Positions 1 to 7,473 of a DNA stretch of 32,000 nt are shown in pieces. The notes under the pieces are model-generated. The model was not told where the DNA came from, ran no database searches, and saw only the letters and a list, made by a program, of their open reading frames with translations. The position numbers and the translations under genes are program-made. The stretch's first letter is position 1. Every line of letters begins with the position of its first letter. Where the stretch lies: positions 29,931 to 61,930 of the forward strand of contig NZ_JARBTM010000032.1 in assembly GCF_029240175.1 (NCBI RefSeq), in the 5' to 3' direction. Source of the stretch: Anaerosolibacter sp. GTDB lineage: Bacteria > Bacillota > Clostridia > Peptostreptococcales > Thermotaleaceae.

Positions 1-227
1 TCACAATGTCTTTTCAACTGAGCCTCTCTCGTCTCAACCAGATAATCTACGGTAACATCAAGTCTTTTGGCAAAATATTTTAGCAAGTCCTGACTTGGAT
101 AGGACTTATCTCTTTCTATATGACTAATTTGTGCAGCCGTAATACGATCTCCTGCTAAATCCTTTAGCGTCATATTTAATCTCTTTCGGTGCAGCTTGAT
201 TTTTTCCCCCAAGCTCAAAATTTCCAT
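1..227 (-). CDS. XRE/Cro-CI family helix-turn-helix transcriptional regulator, N-terminal part (gene continues beyond window start)
   Basis: Not in the ORF track because it runs off the edge. The reverse complement of 1-227 reads MEILSLGEKIKLHRKRLNMTLKDLAGDRITAAQISHIERDKSYPSQDLLKYFAKRLDVTVDYLVETREAQLKRHC..., a textbook XRE HTH (TLKDLA...ISxIERDKSxPS). GGGGGT lies 9 nt upstream of the ATG at 227. The track ORF 124..309 is a different, overlapping frame. Confidence 0.6.
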   Translation of the reverse strand, partial: MEILSLGEKIKLHRKRLNMTLKDLAGDRITAAQISHIERDKSYPSQDLLKYFAKRLDVTVDYLVETREAQLKRHC

Positions 228-281
228 GCGATGTCGACCCCCAACAAATATTTTGAATACGTCTAATTATATTTTTGAATA

Positions 282-1409
282 TTACATGAGTCTTGCGAAG
301 GATTGACATTTTTTCTCTCTTAATATTTTTATATCCATATATTCTTTTTTTAGGGTTAATCCTGTCTCTAATAATGACATCTTAAATTTTGCATTAAACT
401 CTTTGACGCATTGAGTTTCGTAGGATTTCAGGCTTCCTTTTTGGATGGCTTCTGCTGCAATTTTTCCACTTCTCACTGCGTAATAAACCCCTTCTCCTGT
501 AAGTGGGTCAGCAAAACCTGCAGCATCACCTATCAATAAAATATGATCTTTCATAATTCTTCTCTTAAATCCACCTGCTGGTAAAAAAGCGCCCTTTACT
601 TTTACCTTCCCATCCTCTAATTGGTAAACTTGATTTAGCTTTTTTATATAGTTTTGAAACTCTTTGAGCAGCTCTTGTTTTTTAAACATAGGCCCGCCTA
701 TACCTACATTCATTTCCTTCTCTCCCATGGGAATTGCCCAGCCCATGGAAAAGGCCACAGGAATACTGAATAATTTAAAGTCAACATCCTCATCAAATGT
801 TTTCTTCATTAGCCTTGTACTCACAGTAAATCCTGTTTTATATGGATTCATGACAGCATCATCTTCTACGTATTTTCTTACCTTGCTAAACATACCGTCA
901 CCCCCAAGGAGTATTCTACAATAATATTCTCCTGAAGAAGTGTATATTTTCAGTATGCTTTTTTGTTGTTCCATGTGGTAGAATCTCGTCTCATCCATAA
1001 AGCGTACACCTTGTCCTATAGCTTTATTGATGAGAAAGTGATCTAAATCTATTCTAGGTATCGTTACCCCTAATGGTACGCTGCTATGGTAAGTTGACTT
1101 TTCTAGACTTTTTCCATACAAGGATATGCTTCGAATTTCGTTGCGTATAAACTCCCTTGGCAAATGAAAGCCTAGTTCATTTAATACTTTAGCTGGAATA
1201 AACCCTCCACAGGTTTTATCCCTCGGGAACTTTTTCTTATCAATGATCAGAACGTTAAACCCCTTGCTGCCTAACTCCCTTGCGGCAGTCGACCCTCCAG
1301 GTCCTGCACCAACAATGATTACATCATAGATTACGGTTTTTATTGCCATGTCTATCATCCGCTCCCCAAATAGCACTTTACTGTATATGTCTATAGTCTC
1401 CTCTGACAT
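282..1409 (-). CDS. NAD(P)/FAD-dependent oxidoreductase, geranylgeranyl reductase family
   Basis: Rossmann dinucleotide motif YDVIIVGAGPGGSTAARELGSKGFNVLIIDKK, followed by RDKTCGG and a GDAAGFADPLTGEG motif typical of the GG-reductase/FixC-like family. The start is uncertain. ATG at 1409 has GGAAGGA 5 nt upstream; alternatives are 1358 and 1349. The track start at 1487 has no visible RBS. Confidence 0.75.
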   Translation of the reverse strand: MSEETIDIYSKVLFGERMIDMAIKTVIYDVIIVGAGPGGSTAARELGSKGFNVLIIDKKKFPRDKTCGGFIPAKVLNELGFHLPREFIRNEIRSISLYGKSLEKSTYHSSVPLGVTIPRIDLDHFLINKAIGQGVRFMDETRFYHMEQQKSILKIYTSSGEYYCRILLGGDGMFSKVRKYVEDDAVMNPYKTGFTVSTRLMKKTFDEDVDFKLFSIPVAFSMGWAIPMGEKEMNVGIGGPMFKKQELLKEFQNYIKKLNQVYQLEDGKVKVKGAFLPAGGFKRRIMKDHILLIGDAAGFADPLTGEGVYYAVRSGKIAAEAIQKGSLKSYETQCVKEFNAKFKMSLLETGLTLKKEYMDIKILREKKCQSFARLM

Positions 1410-1648
1410 GGGAATCCTTCCACTGTCCTCTGCTTTTTGTACTGTAAAAAACAAAAGTTTCCTACTGTGTGGAAACATAAATATCATTTTTATTCTATCC
1501 TTTCCCGCCTTTTTCCATACCGTTGAAGCACCCGTTTTTTCTATAGCACTGCTGCTATTGAAAAGACATCCTTTGGTTCTTACCCACTACTATTATGTAT
1601 TTTATAGTCATGTTTCGGACAAACTTTAATATATTAAACTAGAAGGGA

Positions 1649-2269
1649 GTGGTACAAACTATCATGAATACGATAACACCCACCACAGATCATTCCGTGA
1701 ATGTCCAAACACCAATGGCAGCTTCTGCCTTTAGCAAGATTTTTCTAGACTTTTTGCATACATATTATAACACCGAGCAATATGGTGATTTGGTCATTAT
1801 GTGCATCGGTACAGATCGTTCCACTGGTGATTCTCTTGGTCCTTTGATTGGTTATAAGCTCCAACGGATACTTAAGAGATATCAAAACGTATTTGTCCAT
1901 GGCACCTTGGAAGATCCTGTCCATGCAAAAAATTTGAAAAACTCCATTGATTTTGTTTATAATTCATATAAAAAACCATTCATTATTGCCATAGATGCCT
2001 GCTTAGGTAAGGTAGAGCGCGTAGGGTGTATTAATATGTCCCATGGCCCTCTTCGCCCAGGTGCAGGCGTAAATAAGGATCTTCCTCCGGTTGGTGATAT
2101 TCATGTTACAGGCATAGTAAACCTTGGAGGTTTCATGGAATATATTGTCCTTCAAAATACTCGTTTAAGCCTTGTTATGAAAATGGCCGATACAATCTCC
2201 GATGGTATTCAATACGGCCTTTGGAAGTATCTTCAAGAAAATGCAAGGGAGCAGTCAAGACTATTTTAA
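1649..2269 (+). CDS. yyaC: spore protease YyaC family protein
   Basis: CIGTDRSTGDSLGPL, IIAIDACLG, GPLRPGAGVNKDLPPVGDIHVTGIVN and LQNTRLSLVMKMA match the remembered B. subtilis YyaC almost motif for motif. The start may be ATG 1664 rather than GTG 1649. Confidence 0.8.
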   Translation: MVQTIMNTITPTTDHSVNVQTPMAASAFSKIFLDFLHTYYNTEQYGDLVIMCIGTDRSTGDSLGPLIGYKLQRILKRYQNVFVHGTLEDPVHAKNLKNSIDFVYNSYKKPFIIAIDACLGKVERVGCINMSHGPLRPGAGVNKDLPPVGDIHVTGIVNLGGFMEYIVLQNTRLSLVMKMADTISDGIQYGLWKYLQENAREQSRLF

Positions 2270-2295
2270 TCTTGACTGCTCCTCAGATTTTTTTC
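2248..2295. terminator. hairpin terminator between convergent yyaC and ykuS-like genes
   Basis: A 13-bp perfect stem, ggagcagtcaaga (2248-2260) / tcttgactgctcc (2270-2282), followed by a T-run at 2288-2295. It overlaps the yyaC stop. Confidence 0.55.
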
Positions 2296-2297
2296 AT

Positions 2298-2564
2298 CTA
2301 AAATAAAGATTCATAACTCCTTCGCTCGATGGCATAGATAATTTCATCTACATTTTTTCCCCCAGCATTCACCACAAAGGCTCCTCGATCCATGTCAATG
2401 ACATTATCAAAGTTCGTTAGGTAGCTGAGTCTGCTATAATTGCTGTCATACAATATGGTGTCCACGTACCCTTCATATCGCTCATCAACAACCTCGTAAC
2501 CCCGAGCTTCTAGTTGTCTTCCCACTGCTTCCAGTCCGGGTGGAATAGCTATAACCTTAGGCAT
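2298..2564 (-). CDS. YkuS family (UPF0180) small protein
   Basis: 88 aa. The N-terminus MPKVIAIPPGLEAVGRQLEARGYEVV and overall length resemble B. subtilis YkuS. GGAGGTG lies 5 nt upstream of the ATG. Confidence 0.6.
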   Translation of the reverse strand: MPKVIAIPPGLEAVGRQLEARGYEVVDERYEGYVDTILYDSNYSRLSYLTNFDNVIDMDRGAFVVNAGGKNVDEIIYAIERRSYESLF

Positions 2565-2647
2565 TTCAACACCTCCTAGCAGTATTATGACTAGAAGGTT
2601 TATCCTTTATACCCATTTTATCAAAAACATGTCAAAAATATTTCATT

Positions 2648-3538
2648 CTATCTACATTGCATCTGTTTGGCCACAAAAACCTTTATTCCGCCAGAGTAGA
2701 TGTCCATGGTAACTGGTGCTTCTCCAACAATATCACCATCTACATTCAAAATAAGTTTTTCTAATCCAATTATTTTTATTTTTTTACCTCTAATCATTTC
2801 AACTTCGTTTACTTTTATATGTTCTCCTGAAAAGATGGTAGGAAATAATCTCAACACCTTCCCCTTAGAAATTTTGTTGATAATGCATATATCAAAATAC
2901 CCGTCTTGGATATCAGCTTTAGGTGCGATTTTCATTCCACCGCCATAATATTTTCCATTTGCTACAGCAACCAACATTATCTGTTTCTTGGTTTGAATTC
3001 CATCAACCTCTATAATAACTTCCTTATCCCGAAAAGACAAAAGGGTTTTTAATACCCCTGCGATATAAGCCGATGGCCCCTTTATATATCTTTTGATATT
3101 TTCTGTTTCCTTTACTATTTCAGCATCTAATCCTATACTGGCCACATTTAGAAAATACCGACCATTGGCTTTTCCACAATCAATGGCTGTGGCATGTTCC
3201 CCATGAATAATCTCCATTGCCTTTACAGGGTTTTCTGGTATACCTAATGTTTTAGCCAAGTCGTTCCCGGTTCCGCAAGGGATGACGCCTAAGGTTCCCG
3301 TACCAATTCCCATGCCGTTCACCACCTCATAAATGGTTCCATCTCCACCTACAGCAATGATGGTGCAGCAGCCCCTATCCACTGCCTCCTTGGCTAAAAT
3401 TTCTCCATCTCCTTTGAACTTTGTAAAGCGTATCTCATAGGCAATATTTTTTTTCTTCATGAATTTTTGAATCTGCTGGGCAACGTCTCTCCCTTTCCCT
3501 TTTCCAGCTACGGGATTAACAATAAACATCCAATCCAT
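2648..3538 (-). CDS. diacylglycerol/lipid kinase, YegS/BmrU/DagK family
   Basis: N-terminal IVNPVAGKGKG, catalytic AVGGDGTIYEVVNG, GVIPCGTGNDLAKTLG and C-terminal LNVDGD are all hallmarks of the DAGK catalytic domain family. Confidence 0.85.
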   Translation of the reverse strand: MDWMFIVNPVAGKGKGRDVAQQIQKFMKKKNIAYEIRFTKFKGDGEILAKEAVDRGCCTIIAVGGDGTIYEVVNGMGIGTGTLGVIPCGTGNDLAKTLGIPENPVKAMEIIHGEHATAIDCGKANGRYFLNVASIGLDAEIVKETENIKRYIKGPSAYIAGVLKTLLSFRDKEVIIEVDGIQTKKQIMLVAVANGKYYGGGMKIAPKADIQDGYFDICIINKISKGKVLRLFPTIFSGEHIKVNEVEMIRGKKIKIIGLEKLILNVDGDIVGEAPVTMDIYSGGIKVFVAKQMQCR

Positions 3539-3546
3539 GATGCTAC

Positions 3547-4074
3547 CTAGGAAATTGCCCTGGCATATTCATCAAGGGAATTATTTTTAGCCCGATCTAA
3601 GGCCTGCAGTTCTTCCGCTGAAAGGGTATACGACGACTTGCCTTTTTTTACAGGCTTTCCGTAGACAGTCGTATTATTTCTACCATAGATACTTGTTAGA
3701 ATGAAACCACTATGTTCTTCATCTAAAAGGGCAATGGAGAAACTTAAATCCCCGCCAGTGTCATTGAACGCATTGTATCGTACAATGCCAACCTTTTGAA
3801 TACTCTTTAGCAGCTTACCCTCTATCATTCCAAGCCGTTGATCTATTTTGTTCATATGAATGTCTGCTTGATCGATCCTTTCATAGTAGCGATAAATAAC
3901 TTCTTCTAGATTTTTTCCGTCTAGTCCCCTTGCTAAATTGCTATATTTTTTATCCATTTTTGAAGTTTTACTCACTTGAACAATCCACATGATGAATAAA
4001 AAGATATTCGCAATACCACTATACAAGATAAACAATTCTCCGTTTTCCTTTATAAAATTAAACAATACATCCAC
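3547..4074 (-). CDS. DUF4446 family membrane-anchored protein
   Basis: One N-terminal TM helix (LFILYSGIANIFLFIMWIV), then VRYNAFNDTGGDLSFSIALLD...GFILTSIYGR, as I remember for DUF4446, a family often found near parB. The GTG at 4074 has GAGGGGGA 5 nt upstream. The track start at 4095 has no RBS. Confidence 0.6.
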   Translation of the reverse strand: MDVLFNFIKENGELFILYSGIANIFLFIMWIVQVSKTSKMDKKYSNLARGLDGKNLEEVIYRYYERIDQADIHMNKIDQRLGMIEGKLLKSIQKVGIVRYNAFNDTGGDLSFSIALLDEEHSGFILTSIYGRNNTTVYGKPVKKGKSSYTLSAEELQALDRAKNNSLDEYARAIS

Positions 4075-4210
4075 CCGAATCCCCCTCAATTTCACCTAAT
4101 TTGTTTTAACGATTTATTATCTCATGGTCTGACAAAAAATGAAAGAACTTGTCGTTTGAAATAGACTAGTATTTTTTTCAATATCTTTTATTCAACCGCG
4201 ATACAGTGAC

Positions 4211-4273
4211 GGGCAGGGGAACCCTGCCCCTACCAATTATTTTTATATCTGTAGGGGCGGGGTTCCCCCGCCC
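4211..4273. repeat. inverted pair of GC-rich REP-like hairpin units
   Basis: Unit A is gggcaggggaaccctgcccctac (4211-4233). Unit B is gtaggggcggggttcccccgccc (4251-4273). The reverse complement of B differs from A at two positions that pair with each other, so each 7-bp hairpin is kept. Confidence 0.65.
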
Positions 4274-4332
4274 GATTAGTGCGCATTGCTAAATTTATTA
4301 TTTTAGTATACTTATAGCCCTGTAATATAACC

Positions 4333-5484
4333 CTAAACCTCTAATTCTTCACAGATTTTTCTTAATGCCTCTATGGCCTTATCTATATCTTCCTTTGTAT
4401 TAAAATATCCGATGCTAAACCTTACCGTTCCCTGCTCAAAGGTTCCTATGGTCTGGTGCGCCAATGGGGCACAGTGGAGGCCTGACCGAACTGCTATTTC
4501 AAACACCTTATCTAACACATAGCTTACCTCTGAAGAATCCTCTTCACCAATATTGATGGATATCACTGCCGCCTGCTTCTTGTGATCCTGAGGTCCATAT
4601 ATTTTTATACCTTGAATCTTTTTTAGTCCTGACAGCATGTAGGCTGTTAATTCTTCTTCATGTTTCCGAATTGTCTCCAACCCTGTAGATAGAATAAATT
4701 CTATACCTGCACCAACTCCAGCAATTCCCGGTGTGTTTGGTGTTCCGCTTTCATATCGGTCTGGTGTGATTTCTGGCTGTAATAAGGATTCTGACTTACT
4801 GCCAGTGCCGCCCTCTTTCATATGTTTTAGGTCTATCCCTTCTCGAATATAAAGAATACCCGTTCCCTGAGGACCCATAAGACCTTTATGACCCGGCGCT
4901 GCCAACAAGTCTATATGCATTGCTTTCACATCTATAGAATATACCCCCGCTGTTTGTGCTGCATCAACCAGCAGCAAAAGATCATTTTCTTTTGCAATTT
5001 TTCCGACTTCAGCCACTGGCATTAACGTTCCAGTGATATTTGATGCATGGGTCATAGCGATAAGCTTTGTGTGTGTTTTAATCGCCTTCTTTATTTCTTC
5101 TGGATCTAATTCCCCGGTCTCTTTGCACTGAACAACAGTATGCTCCACCCCAATCTCTTTTAAGGACATGATTGGACGTATCATGGAATTATGCTCCATG
5201 CTGGTAGTAATGACATGATCCCCTGGCTTTAGCACTCCTTTTAGCGCAAGGTTTAACGAATCTGTTGCATTGCTTGTAAAGATTACCTGCATTGGATTAT
5301 CAATATTAAACAATCTGCACAATAATTCTCTTGTTTTATAGATGGCTCTCCCTGCTTCTAATGCCAGCTTATGCCCTGATCTCCCGGGATTAGCGCCAAA
5401 ACCGCGCATGCATTGATCCACTGCTTGGTATACTATTTCCGGTTTTGGGAAAGTGGTAGCTGCATTATCCAAATATATCATCAT
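4333..5484 (-). CDS. cysteine desulfurase family protein (class V PLP aminotransferase fold)
   Basis: IYLDNAATT start, PLP-lysine context APGHKGLMGPQGTGILY, and catalytic cysteine loop RSGLHCAPLAH. Length 383 aa. Confidence 0.85.
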   Translation of the reverse strand: MMIYLDNAATTFPKPEIVYQAVDQCMRGFGANPGRSGHKLALEAGRAIYKTRELLCRLFNIDNPMQVIFTSNATDSLNLALKGVLKPGDHVITTSMEHNSMIRPIMSLKEIGVEHTVVQCKETGELDPEEIKKAIKTHTKLIAMTHASNITGTLMPVAEVGKIAKENDLLLLVDAAQTAGVYSIDVKAMHIDLLAAPGHKGLMGPQGTGILYIREGIDLKHMKEGGTGSKSESLLQPEITPDRYESGTPNTPGIAGVGAGIEFILSTGLETIRKHEEELTAYMLSGLKKIQGIKIYGPQDHKKQAAVISINIGEEDSSEVSYVLDKVFEIAVRSGLHCAPLAHQTIGTFEQGTVRFSIGYFNTKEDIDKAIEALRKICEELEV

Positions 5485-5526
5485 TTCACCCCCATAAATA
5501 TCTTCAAAGCCCCTTACTTCATCTGA

Positions 5527-5542
5527 TGTTTCACGTGAAACA
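5527..5542. promoter_or_regulatory. parS centromere-like site (perfect palindrome)
   Basis: TGTTTCACGTGAAACA is a perfect 16-bp palindrome that fits the Firmicute parS consensus TGTTNCACGTGAAACA. The palindrome extends to 18 bp (5526-5543). Confidence 0.8.
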
Positions 5543-5606
5543 TTTTTTCTGATTCTATTGTATTTCGTTAAGCTCTATTTTGTTCATATAACGGACAGTA
5601 TGTATA

Positions 5607-5921
5607 CTATCTTGATTGAACAACCACTCGAATATTGTTTACATTGAAAACTTCTTTCAGGATATCATAGTATTCTCTAATAATGATCGCAGAATGATTT
5701 TCGCTGAAAGTAATGATCATCATATCTTTCTGATATCTTTTTATATCAATTAGTACATTGAAATACTTTTCAAAGTCTGCGTCACCAATCTTCTCTTTCA
5801 ACATATTCAATCCTGGTTCCAACTCGCTCCCAGATAATCTTTCCTCCATGGATGTAAACTCCACTTCATATATCTCCTCTGGAATATCTAAAACTGTCTC
5901 CAAGTATTTTTCTTCGCTCAT
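5607..5921 (-). CDS. small acidic protein, possible standalone DnaA domain-I-like protein (function hypothetical)
   Basis: GAAGGAGG lies 6 nt before the second ATG (5921). The C-terminal ~57 aa align without gaps, by hydrophobic and aromatic pattern, to this window's own DnaA N-terminus (see findings). Confidence that it is a real CDS is about 0.7; the stated confidence is for the family assignment. Confidence 0.4.
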   Translation of the reverse strand: MSEEKYLETVLDIPEEIYEVEFTSMEERLSGSELEPGLNMLKEKIGDADFEKYFNVLIDIKRYQKDMMIITFSENHSAIIIREYYDILKEVFNVNNIRVVVQSR

Positions 5922-6062
5922 ATTCATCCTCCTTCGTTTGCTTCCTTATATATTATATCAAATTTTAGCAGGAATATATGACTTCTATCAGATTATTGTT
6001 GAGGAATTTTGATTTAAGGAGCAAGTAAGTTCGTTGCAATTAATAAAGAAGGTGACGCAATC

Positions 6063-6178
6063 GTAGGGTGTGGACCTATGTGTCCACCCGTTGGCATTTG
6101 AACGTTCTCCTTCGGGCAGACACACAGGTCTGCCCCTACTAATATGTACTATACCCGAAGGGCAGGTTCATCCTGCCC
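6063..6178. repeat. cluster of three GC-rich REP-like hairpin units
   Basis: The units are gtagggtgtggacctatgtgtccaccc (6063-6089), gggcagacacacaggtctgcccctac (6114-6139, perfect 8-bp stem) and gggcaggttcatcctgccc (6160-6178, perfect 7-bp stem). They share the GTAGGG / CCCCTAC ends with the units at 4211-4273. Confidence 0.65.
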
Positions 6179-6283
6179 TTCTTCTGCTGATCTTTAAGAT
6201 CTTCGGATAGAAAAAGTCGCTCCCTACCGCCTTTATTCGATCTCAATCTCGATCTTACGTCGTGCTTTTCCACAACAACATCT

Positions 6284-6318
6284 AAAACAAAAGGAGTCAC
6301 CCGATAACTAGTGACTCC
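6284..6318 (-). terminator. rho-independent terminator of the PhzF-like gene
   Basis: On the minus strand, ggagtcac-N10-gtgactcc (8-bp stem) is followed by ttttgtttt, 15 nt after the stop at 6333. Confidence 0.6.
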
Positions 6319-6332
6319 ACCCATTTCGAATC

Positions 6333-7253
6333 CTATTCACAAATCATAACACCTTCTAAGGTAATCACTGCCTGCCCGCCGACTTTTACAGAGAAATCTT
6401 CTTTCGTTCCTTCTAATTTTACCATAATTTTGCTTGGACGATCCATATAATACCCCTGCTCACAAATAATAGACATTCCATCCTCAAAGGCAAAAATATT
6501 ATGATGAATTAAAAATGCTCCAAGAGCTCCATTTGATGTGCCAGTAGCCGCTTCCTCGTCAATACCCACCGCCGGCGCAAAGTTTCTACAGGCCAGCGAA
6601 GATCCACTCTCTTCTGCTTCCAACGTGAAGGCATGGACACCTATAAGTCCGTGACGATTGCTAAAATCTATTAATTTCTCTTTATTTGGATTTAATTTCT
6701 TTAATACATCCAGGCTTTTTACGGGCATCATTAAGTCAGGTAACCCCGTTGATACCCCTTGTGGATAAAGGACATGGTTTTCAATTCCGATCTGGTTCCC
6801 TTCGATTCCAAAGATCTCTGCCAGCTCTTGAAAATCAGTAATCTGAAATAAAAACTCCGGTCGTGCTTGTGTCATCATGATCTTATGGATCTTATCCTTT
6901 TGAAAATGAATCTCTACAGGTAAAATGCCTGCTTTCGTTTTTTGCTTTATGGTGAATATACTCTCCTTTATCTCCATATATCCCTTTTCTGCAAGGGCAT
7001 AAAAAGCTCCAATGGTGGCATGTCCACACAGATCAACCTCTTGTTCTGGCGTAAAAAATCGAACTTCATAATCAGCATCACCATTTTTTATGGGAATCAG
7101 AAACGCTGTTTCTGATAAATTCATTTCCCTTGCAATCTTCAGCATTTGTTGATCCGTCAATCCATAGGCATCAGGCACAACCCCTGCAGGGTTTCCGCCA
7201 AACCTCTTGTTTGTGAATGCATCTACTTGATATATAATTTTTTCCATAGGCAT
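6333..7253 (-). CDS. PhzF family isomerase (phenazine biosynthesis-like protein)
   Basis: N-terminus YQVDAFTNKRFGGNPAGVV, LSETAF, and a CGHATIG catalytic region are characteristic of PhzF/YddE. Alternative start at 7247. Confidence 0.85.
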   Translation of the reverse strand: MPMEKIIYQVDAFTNKRFGGNPAGVVPDAYGLTDQQMLKIAREMNLSETAFLIPIKNGDADYEVRFFTPEQEVDLCGHATIGAFYALAEKGYMEIKESIFTIKQKTKAGILPVEIHFQKDKIHKIMMTQARPEFLFQITDFQELAEIFGIEGNQIGIENHVLYPQGVSTGLPDLMMPVKSLDVLKKLNPNKEKLIDFSNRHGLIGVHAFTLEAEESGSSLACRNFAPAVGIDEEAATGTSNGALGAFLIHHNIFAFEDGMSIICEQGYYMDRPSKIMVKLEGTKEDFSVKVGGQAVITLEGVMICE

Positions 7254-7454
7254 CTCTCTTTTCTAGTAGATTTATGCTGTAAGTTTCATGTCTTTCAACA
7301 CAAATAGAAAATTTAATATTTCTAAGGCTATCTACTGCTTTGATGGAATTACACTTTCTCTTTTTTATCATATTATATTGTGCTGTTCCTGTCTATAACA
7401 TAAAAATGGCAGAACATAAATCTATTCTGCCATTCAAAAGTAATTTTCACAAAA

Positions 7455-7470
7455 TGTTTCACGTGAAACA
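7455..7470. promoter_or_regulatory. parS centromere-like site (perfect palindrome)
   Basis: TGTTTCACGTGAAACA, identical to the site at 5527. It lies 4 nt downstream of the parB stop. The palindrome extends to 20 bp (7453-7472). Confidence 0.85.
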
Positions 7471-7473
7471 TTT

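Noticed and set aside
124-309. Track ORF (61 aa, minus strand) between the oxidoreductase and the window edge
   Set aside because: Its sequence has no recognisable features. A different frame on the same strand gives a clean XRE HTH protein starting at 227 with its own RBS. No frameshift needs to be invoked.
5379-5392. Noc-binding-site-like atctcccgggatta inside the cysteine desulfurase gene
   Set aside because: Only the TCCCGGGA core matches the ATTTCCCGGGAAAT consensus, and the flanks do not. It is a single occurrence within coding sequence.
4211-6178. Possibility that the GC-rich repeats are a CRISPR array
   Set aside because: The units are self-complementary hairpins in mixed orientation with irregular spacing. 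There are only two to three per cluster, no uniform spacers and no cas genes.
6139-6324. 61-aa minus-strand ORF in the PhzF-small-ORF spacer
   Set aside because: It starts inside the PhzF-gene terminator hairpin and reads through REP-like GC hairpins. It is most likely a repeat-derived artefact.
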